64,000 nt of DNA from Bacteroidaceae bacterium (GTDB taxonomy: Bacteria; Bacillota; Clostridia; Oscillospirales; Oscillospiraceae): the NCBI GenBank assembly GCA_963634265.1, contig CAVHCH010000067.1, positions 6,787 to 70,786 of the forward strand. The letters run 5' to 3'. Below the pieces are notes generated by a model. The model did not search any database, was not told the DNA's origin, and saw only the letters and a list, made by a program, of their open reading frames with translations. Position 1 is the first letter of the stretch, and each line of letters opens with the position of its first letter. Shown piece by piece: positions 55,608-64,000 of this stretch. The translations under genes were made by a program, and so were the position numbers.

Positions 55608-55826
55608 TTACAGGAATATCTCGCAGTCGTCCTCGACTTTTTTGCAGTTCTTCAAAACCTGCTGCATCACGGCATCCACATCGGCGCCGTCTACAAACTC
55701 CACCTTCATCTTCTGGGTCATAAAGCTGACGGTGGCGGCGGCCACGCCCTCGGTCTTTTGGGCGGCCTGCTCCATCTTGTCGGCGCAGGCAGCGCAGTCT
55801 ACTTCGATCTTGTAAGTCTTTTTCAT
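55608..55826 (-). CDS. Heavy-metal-associated (HMA) domain protein
   Basis: VDCAACA CxxC motif, 72 aa. Confidence 0.92.
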   Translation of the reverse strand: MKKTYKIEVDCAACADKMEQAAQKTEGVAAATVSFMTQKMKVEFVDGADVDAVMQQVLKNCKKVEDDCEIFL

Positions 55827-55845
55827 GGTGATATGTCTCCTTTCA

Positions 55846-56208
55846 TCAATCACCCAAATGCTCCATGCCCAGCTTCAAAATAGAGCGCACATGGTCGTCA
55901 TCCAGGCCATAAAAAACGGTCTTGCCTTCCCGGCGGAACTTCACCAGCTTGTTGTTTTTCAGAATGCGAAGCTGGTGGCTCACGGCGCTTTGGGTCATGC
56001 CCAGGAGCCTTGCGATGTCGTACACGCACAGCTCCGCGCCGAACAGCACATACAAAATTTTAATGCGGGTGGAGTCGCCGAACACCTTGTACAGCTCCGC
56101 CAGGTCGTACAGATCGTCCTCGTCGGGCATCTGCCGCCGCACGGCCTCCACGCCATTTTCGTCCAGGCACAGGAACTCCTGGTCCTGATTTTTTTCCATC
56201 GGCTCCAT
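55846..56208 (-). CDS. cadC: ArsR/SmtB (CadC-like) repressor
   Basis: KVFGDSTRIKIL, ELCVYDIA, QSAVSHQLR, DDDHV motifs. Confidence 0.9.
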   Translation of the reverse strand: MEPMEKNQDQEFLCLDENGVEAVRRQMPDEDDLYDLAELYKVFGDSTRIKILYVLFGAELCVYDIARLLGMTQSAVSHQLRILKNNKLVKFRREGKTVFYGLDDDHVRSILKLGMEHLGD

Positions 56209-56223
56209 GTTTTCTCTCCTCAA

Positions 56224-56251
56224 ATGTTCATGTGAATAATTGCTCATATGT
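56224..56251 (-). promoter_or_regulatory. SmtB/CadC-type operator
   Basis: Imperfect inverted repeat CATATGAGCAATTATTCACATG just downstream of a TTGACA..TATACA-like promoter. Confidence 0.7.
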
Positions 56252-56500
56252 TTGTTGTTTGTATACTACACCCATCCGCCCCCGGTGTCAACCCCTTTTT
56301 TGAAAAATTTTCGACGAATTTTTCTCCTCTCTGCATTTTCCATCGGAAGATTCCCGCCGGTTTTGGAATATTGGTGATTGCTTTTGAAAAAATATGTGAT
56401 ATACTACTCTATATAAATGGATAACTATGCCCTGCGCGTTTGCGCGGCGGCTCTTATAACGAGGCACTGGGCCTCCCTATACTTTGGGAAAGGGAATTTT

Positions 56501-57799
56501 ATGAAACAATATATAATTAAGGGCGGCCATCCGCTCTTTGGTGAGATCACCATCAGCGGCGCGAAAAATGCCGCCGTAGGCATCATCCCCGCCGCCCTGC
56601 TGGTAGACGGCATCTGCCGCATTGAAAACATTCCCCAGATCAGCGATGTGACCCTGCTGCTGAACATTTTGGAGGAGCTGGGCGCGAAAATTCGCGTGCT
56701 GAACCGCCACGCCGTGGAGCTGGACTGCCACGCCATCCGCTCCACCCACCCGTCTTATGAACTGGCCCGGCGCATCCGCGCCTCCTATTACCTCATCGGC
56801 GCCCTGCTGGGCCGCTTCGGCGAGGCCACGGTAGCCATGCCCGGCGGCTGCGACTTCGGCGTGCGCCCCATCGACCAGCACATCAAGGGCTTCACCGCCA
56901 TGGGTGCCGAGGTGGGCGTAGAGGGCGGCTTCATCCAGGCCACGGCCAAGGGTGGCCGCCTGACGGGCACCTCCGTCTACCTGGATGTGGTTTCCGTGGG
57001 CGCGACCATGAATATCATGATGGCCGCTGTCCTGGCCCAGGGCAACACCGTCATTGAGAACGCCGCCAAGGAGCCCCACATCGTGGACCTGGCCAACTTC
57101 CTCAACTCCATGGGTGCCGATGTTCGCGGCGCGGGCACCGAGACCATTAAAATTCGCGGCGTCGAGCGTCTGGGCGGCGGCAGCTACTGCATCATTCCCG
57201 ACCAGATCGAGGCCGGCACCTACATGACCGCCGTGGCCGCCACCGGCGGGCAGGTACTCATTAAGAATGTCATTCCCAAGCACCTGGACTGCATCAGCGC
57301 CAAGCTGGTGGAGATGGGCGTGTATGTGGAGGACCGGGGCGACGCCGTCCTGGTGCGCCGCAGCGACCCCCTGCAGAAAACCAATGTGAAAACCATGCCC
57401 TACCCGGGCTTCCCCACGGATATGCAGCCCCAGATCGCCGCCGTCCTCACCGCCGCCCGGGGCACCAGCATCGTCAATGAAAATGTGTGGAACAGCCGCT
57501 TTAAGTATATAGCAGAGCTCAAGCGCATGGGCGCGAATATCCAGGTGGACGGCCATGTGGCCGTCATCGAGGGCGTAGACCATCTCCAGGGCGCCCCGGT
57601 CCAGGCCTGCGACCTGCGGGCCGGCGCGGCCATGGTCATCGCCGGGCTCAGCGCCCAGGGCACCACGGAATTGAGCCAGGTGCAGTTCATCGAGCGGGGC
57701 TATGAGGACCTGGTGGATAAGCTCCGTGCCGTAGGCGCGGACATCCGCGTGGTAGACGCCCCCGACATCACCGAGCAACCCGAAGCACATATCGGCTGA
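56501..57799 (+). CDS. murA: UDP-N-acetylglucosamine 1-carboxyvinyltransferase
   Basis: SGAKNA, RAS, PGGCDFGVRPIDQH, SVGAT, PGFPTDMQ, DLRAGA, RGYE. Confidence 0.97.
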   Translation: MKQYIIKGGHPLFGEITISGAKNAAVGIIPAALLVDGICRIENIPQISDVTLLLNILEELGAKIRVLNRHAVELDCHAIRSTHPSYELARRIRASYYLIGALLGRFGEATVAMPGGCDFGVRPIDQHIKGFTAMGAEVGVEGGFIQATAKGGRLTGTSVYLDVVSVGATMNIMMAAVLAQGNTVIENAAKEPHIVDLANFLNSMGADVRGAGTETIKIRGVERLGGGSYCIIPDQIEAGTYMTAVAATGGQVLIKNVIPKHLDCISAKLVEMGVYVEDRGDAVLVRRSDPLQKTNVKTMPYPGFPTDMQPQIAAVLTAARGTSIVNENVWNSRFKYIAELKRMGANIQVDGHVAVIEGVDHLQGAPVQACDLRAGAAMVIAGLSAQGTTELSQVQFIERGYEDLVDKLRAVGADIRVVDAPDITEQPEAHIG

Positions 57800-57892
57800 A
57801 TCCTCCGCCAGGCAGCGTCTGCCACGAGGGCCGCACCACCGCGCCCGCCGTACAGACGCTGTTTTTGTCCCACCAACAAATCCGTAATACCT

Positions 57893-58470
57893 AAAGGCTC
57901 CCCTGCGTAAGGGGAGCTGGCAGCCGTAAGGCTGACTGATGGGTCGACGCTCCGCACCCCCTTGTAACGCCTCCGTAGGGGCCGATGCCCACATCGGCCC
58001 GCCCCCACCGCGTTCCCCGTTACACATCCGTAGGGGCGGACGCCTCTGTCCGCCCGCCGACAACGGAAGTACTCCTTGACACGCACTCCGTAGGGGCCGG
58101 CGTCCCCGACGGCCCGCACGCACCGCACCCCGGAAACCCGTTGCCTCCCTTGCCTAAAGGGAGGGGGACCAGCCGGAGGCTGGTGGAGGGATTCCGTGCG
58201 GGGTAAAAGGTAATTCCTTTGCTGTGAGCTCGTGCGGGGAAGAATCCCCCAGTCACGGCTTCGCCGTGCCAGCCCCCTTTAGGCAAGAGGGCCTACATCG
58301 TAGGGCGGGCTGACCACAGCCCGCCGCCGGGCTTGCGCCGCACTACTTATAATGTGTCATTGCGAGGCCAGTGCGCACACTGGCCGTGGCAATCCGTAAC
58401 CCCCGTCCCCAAAGGCTCCCCTGCGTAAGGGGAGCTGTCACGGCTCTGCCGTGACTGAGGGGTCGCCCCC
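57893..58470. repeat. Large REP-like mosaic cluster
   Basis: Three direct GTAGGGGC-palindromes about 55-60 bp apart, plus CCCTTGCCTAAAGGG, GTCATTGCG..GCAATCC and CCCCTGCGTAAGGGG units. Confidence 0.85.
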
Positions 58471-58497
58471 ACGAATTCACAAGCGAGGTCCAAATCT

Positions 58498-59298
58498 TTG
58501 ATCACCATACACACTCTGGCCAGCGGCTCCGAGGGCAACGCCGCCCTGGTCTGCGGCGGCGGCACCCGCGTCCTGGTGGACGCCGGCATTTCCGCCCGCC
58601 GCATGGAAACGGCCCTGAAAAATTTAGGCTATCCGCCGGACACCCTCACCGCCGTTTTCATCACCCATACCCATACTGACCACACCGCCGGGCTGCGGGT
58701 CTTTCTCAAGCACACGGCCCTGCCCGTGTTCGCCTCCCCGGCCACCTGCGCGGTGCTCTCCCGCCAGGTCCCCACGGCGGCCCACCTGCTGCACCCCCTG
58801 GCCCCGGGCAATGTCTTGACCTTGGGCGGCCTCACCGTCACCCCCTTTGCCACCTCCCACGATGCCGAGGGGAGCATGGATTTCCGCTTCGACACCCCCA
58901 CCGCCTCCGCCGGGATCCTTTCCGACACCGGCTATGTGACCGAGGCCGCCGAGGAGGCCCTGGCCGGGGTAGACCTGCTGCTCCTGGAGAGCAATCACGA
59001 TGTTTATCGCCTGCAAACGGGCCCCTACCCCTACCCTCTGAAGCAGCGGATCTTAAGCGACCACGGCCACCTGTCCAACGACGCGGCGGCTTCCTTCGCC
59101 TGCCGCATGGCAAAAAGCGGCACCCGCCACTTCGTCCTCATCCATCTGAGCAAGGAAAATAACACCCCCGACTGCGCCCTCTACACCGTGGGCTGCGCCC
59201 TGCGCGGCGGCGGCTTCCCGGAGGTCCGGCTCACCGTGGCCCCTCGGGGCGAGAGCAGCGAGGCTTATAGAGCGGAGGGCGCGCCATGCAGAAAATAA
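58498..59298 (+). CDS. MBL-fold metallo-hydrolase (YycJ/WalJ-like)
   Basis: LASGSEGN, DAGIS, THTHTDH, SHDA, ESNHD, GHLSN, HLSKENN. Confidence 0.92.
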   Translation: MITIHTLASGSEGNAALVCGGGTRVLVDAGISARRMETALKNLGYPPDTLTAVFITHTHTDHTAGLRVFLKHTALPVFASPATCAVLSRQVPTAAHLLHPLAPGNVLTLGGLTVTPFATSHDAEGSMDFRFDTPTASAGILSDTGYVTEAAEEALAGVDLLLLESNHDVYRLQTGPYPYPLKQRILSDHGHLSNDAAASFACRMAKSGTRHFVLIHLSKENNTPDCALYTVGCALRGGGFPEVRLTVAPRGESSEAYRAEGAPCRK

Positions 59299-59768
59299 CC
59301 GTCCTGTGCGTAGGAAAGTTAAAGGAAAAATTTTACCTGGATGCTACGGCGGAGTACGCCAAGCGCCTGGGCCGGTACTGTAAGCTGGACATCGTCGAGC
59401 TCCCCGAGAGCCGTCTCCCGGAGGACCCCTCCCCCGCCCAGATACAGCAGGCCCTGGACGCGGAGGCCGCCGCCATCGCCGCAAAGCTCCCCAAGGGCGG
59501 CGCGCTGGTGGCCCTGTGCATCGAGGGCGCACCCTGCTCCAGCGAGGAAATGAGCCGCAAAATGCAGCAGCTTGCCGTCAGCGGCAAGACCCAGCTCACC
59601 TTCCTCATCGGCGGCAGCGTGGGCCTCAGCGAGAGCCTGAAGCGCCAGGCGGACTGGAAGCTCTCCATGTCCCCCATGACCTTCCCCCACCACCTGGCCC
59701 GGGTCATGCTCTTAGAGCAGATCTACCGCGCCTTTCAGATCCAGCAAGGTACAAAATACCACAAGTAA
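59286..59768 (+). CDS. rlmH: 23S rRNA m3Psi1915 methyltransferase RlmH
   Basis: VGKLKE, FLIGGS.G, SPMTFPH.L.RV.L.EQIYRA, YHK. Confidence 0.97.
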   Translation: MQKITVLCVGKLKEKFYLDATAEYAKRLGRYCKLDIVELPESRLPEDPSPAQIQQALDAEAAAIAAKLPKGGALVALCIEGAPCSSEEMSRKMQQLAVSGKTQLTFLIGGSVGLSESLKRQADWKLSMSPMTFPHHLARVMLLEQIYRAFQIQQGTKYHK

Positions 59769-59782
59769 TCTCTATATAATAT

Positions 59783-59960
59783 CCGTAGGGGCGGACGCCC
59801 CTGTCCGCCCGCTGATTCCCCACCGCACTCCTTGTAAAACACGATGTCATTGCGAAGCCAGTTCGCAAACTGGCTGTGGCAATCCGCATCCCCCGTCCCC
59901 TAAAAAAGGCTCCCCTGCGTAAGGGGAGCTGTCGGCGAAGCCGACTGAGGGGTCGACACC
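59783..59960. repeat. Palindromic repeat cluster
   Basis: GTAGGGGCGGAC..GTCCGCCC, GTCATTGCG..GCAATCC and GGCTCCCCTGCGTAAGGGGAGC units. Confidence 0.85.
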
Positions 59961-59990
59961 CCCACACTACATATTTTAGGAGGAACCCCC

Positions 59991-60305
59991 ATGAATAACG
60001 ATTGGTCCTTCGGCGGCACCCCCGATGTCCCCGCCTGGCCCACCCTGGAAAACGGCGAAAAAGAAAAGGCCGTCCTGTTGGAGCAGGTCTTCGACTCCCC
60101 GGCGGAGGCCGACATGCGCCTGTCCATGCTGGCCGCTTACGGCATCCCCTGCTTTAAGTACTACGATAAGGAGGGCGGCACCGGCAAGGTCATCAACGGC
60201 TTTTCCGGCTACGGAGCCGACCTCTATGTCCCCGCCTCCCGCCTGGAGGAGGCCCGGGCCCTGCTCACCGCCGAGCCCATCTTTGATGACCCCGAGAACG
60301 AGTAA
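59991..60305 (+). CDS. DUF2007-like hypothetical protein
   Basis: EADM..SML.AYGIP...GADLYVP...EEARALL pattern; RBS AGGAGG. Confidence 0.7.
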   Translation: MNNDWSFGGTPDVPAWPTLENGEKEKAVLLEQVFDSPAEADMRLSMLAAYGIPCFKYYDKEGGTGKVINGFSGYGADLYVPASRLEEARALLTAEPIFDDPENE

Positions 60306-60358
60306 CCATTCGCGTAACCATTGAACTTTCGCATAAAAAAGGAAGGGAGATTTTTACC

Positions 60359-62089
60359 ATGATCGACTACAAAGCAGAATACCAAAAATGGCTCCACAGC
60401 GACGCCATCACCGAAGACGAGCGGGCAGAGCTGGCCGCCATCGCCGGCGACGACAAGGAGATCGAGAGCCGCTTCTACGGCCCCCTGGAGTTCGGCACCG
60501 CCGGCCTGCGGGGCACCATGAAGATGGGCCTGCACCAGATGAATATTTATGTCATCCGCTGGGCCACCCAGGGCTTTGCCAATGTCATCTGCGCCGAGGG
60601 TCCCGCCGCCATGGAAAAGGGCGTTGCCATCTGCATGGACTGCCGCCACCACAGCTCTGAGTTTGCCCACGCCGCCGCGGAGGTCTGCGCCGCCAACGGC
60701 ATCCATGTGCGCATTTTCGAGTCCCTGCGCCCCACCCCGGAGCTGAGCTTCGCCGTGCGCCACTACGGCTGCCAGGCGGGCATCAACATCACCGCCAGCC
60801 ACAACCCCAAGGAGTATAACGGCTACAAGGTCTACTGGTCCGACGGTGCCCAGCTGCCCCCCCACCACGCCGATGCCATTGCGAGAGAGCTGGAGAAGAT
60901 CGACATTTTCACCGGCGTAAAGACCATGCCCTTCGACGAGGCCAAGGCCGCCGGGCGCATCGAGCTCATGGGCGAGGAGACCGACAAGGCATTTATGGAG
61001 AATGTCATGGCCATGGTCAACGACCGGGAGAGCGTCGCCAAGGTGGCCGACGACTTCCATGTGGTCTACACCCCCTTCCACGGCTGCGGCTGGAAGCTGG
61101 TGCCCCAGGCCCTGCGGGACCTGGGCGTGAAGCACCTGCACTGCGTCCCCGAGCAGATGGTGCTGGACGGCTCCTTCCCCACGGTGGAGTCCCCCAATCC
61201 CGAGAATCCCGAGGGCTTCTACCTGGCCATCGCCCTGGCCGACCAGGTGGGCGCCAACTTCATCATCGGCACCGACCCGGACAGCGACCGGGTGGGCATC
61301 CTGGTGCGCAGCACCGATGGCCGCTTCGTCCCCGTGTCCGGCAATCAGACCGGCGTGCTGCTGGCGGACTACCTGCTGGGCGCCATGGCCCGCAACGGCA
61401 AGCTGCCCAAAAACGCCGTCCTGCTGAAAACCATCGTCACCACCGAAATGGCCCGCCGGGTGGCCGAGAGCCACGGCGTCACCTGCTACGACACCTTCAC
61501 CGGCTTTAAGTTCATGGCCGAGAAGAAGCAGCAGTTGGAGAGCCAGGGCCTGGGCAAGGTGGTGTTCTCCTACGAGGAGAGCTACGGCTATATGCTGGGC
61601 GACTATGTCCGCGACAAGGACGCCGTCACCGCCTCCCTGCTGCTGACGGAGATGGCCGCCTGGTATCAGAGCCAGGGCATGACCCTGTTTGATGCCCTCC
61701 AGGCCCTGTACGAAAAGTACGGCTACTACGGCGAAAAGACCCACAACCTGGTGATGCCCGGCCTGGACGGCTTGGAGAAGATGGCCGCCCTGATGCAGTC
61801 CCTTCGAGATGTGCCCCCGGCGGACATCGCCGGCGTGGCCGTCACCACGCGCACGGATTATAAGGACGGCACCGTCACCGATTGCGCAACCGGAAAGGTC
61901 ACCGCCTCCGAGCTGAAGGGCAGCAATGTCTTGCGCTACGCCCTGGCCGACGGCACCGTGATCCTGGTCCGCCCCTCCGGCACTGAGCCTAAGATCAAGG
62001 TCTATATCCTCACCCTGGGAAGTGACCCCAAGCAGCGGGATGAAAACATCGCCAAATACTCCCAGTGGGCCCTCTCCCTGCAAAAGTAA
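60359..62089 (+). CDS. pgm: Phospho-sugar mutase (phosphoglucomutase/phosphomannomutase)
   Basis: FGTAGLRG, ITASHNP, DPDSDR, YEESYG, RPSGTEPKIK. Confidence 0.94.
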   Translation: MIDYKAEYQKWLHSDAITEDERAELAAIAGDDKEIESRFYGPLEFGTAGLRGTMKMGLHQMNIYVIRWATQGFANVICAEGPAAMEKGVAICMDCRHHSSEFAHAAAEVCAANGIHVRIFESLRPTPELSFAVRHYGCQAGINITASHNPKEYNGYKVYWSDGAQLPPHHADAIARELEKIDIFTGVKTMPFDEAKAAGRIELMGEETDKAFMENVMAMVNDRESVAKVADDFHVVYTPFHGCGWKLVPQALRDLGVKHLHCVPEQMVLDGSFPTVESPNPENPEGFYLAIALADQVGANFIIGTDPDSDRVGILVRSTDGRFVPVSGNQTGVLLADYLLGAMARNGKLPKNAVLLKTIVTTEMARRVAESHGVTCYDTFTGFKFMAEKKQQLESQGLGKVVFSYEESYGYMLGDYVRDKDAVTASLLLTEMAAWYQSQGMTLFDALQALYEKYGYYGEKTHNLVMPGLDGLEKMAALMQSLRDVPPADIAGVAVTTRTDYKDGTVTDCATGKVTASELKGSNVLRYALADGTVILVRPSGTEPKIKVYILTLGSDPKQRDENIAKYSQWALSLQK

Positions 62090-62170
62090 CCCAATAAAGC
62101 GCAAAAAATCTCCGCCCCGAAGCAGATGCTCCGGGGTGGAGTATTTGTTTATCGGCTTCCGAAAACCGCT

Positions 62171-64000
<1,830 letters not shown>

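Noticed and set aside
56415..56500. Possible riboswitch in the murA leader
   Set aside because: Only short hairpins, with no aptamer consensus I recognise and no terminator.

Overview
A 64-kb, high-GC chromosomal segment of a spore-forming Clostridia-type gut bacterium. Gene content and repeat style suggest Oscillospiraceae (inference). Most of it is core genome: the start of the dcw cluster (mraZ-rsmH-ftsL-PBP-murE), rsmD-coaD, nfnAB, udk, birA/bioY, uracil permease, T-box-thrS, smc-ftsY-rph-rdgB-yhbY-nadD/yqeK-rsfS, a cadC-HMA-cadA operon, murA, rlmH, a phospho-sugar mutase and glutamine synthetase III. I found no rRNA, tRNA, CRISPR array, integrase or transposase. The unexplained structure lies mostly between genes. 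(1) Two unannotated type I toxin-antitoxin-like loci (19.3-19.6 kb and 53.2-53.45 kb) have near-consensus convergent promoters and 27-29 aa peptides below the ORF-track cutoff. (2) A LysR box and promoter drive a short terminated RNA with an anti-SD tract instead of a gene. (3) A leader peptide plus terminator precedes the uracil permease, resembling E. coli pyrL attenuation rather than PyrR control. (4) About 14 mosaic clusters of REP-like palindromes occur, three carrying ~110-bp nested inserts with no target duplication. (5) A ~185-bp structured repeat is present in three copies with compensatory changes. (6) A three-gene operon encodes a PP2C phosphatase, a 2TM-NUDIX-like protein and an EamA-HAD fusion of unknown function. 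All homology calls come from motif recognition only, without database searches.
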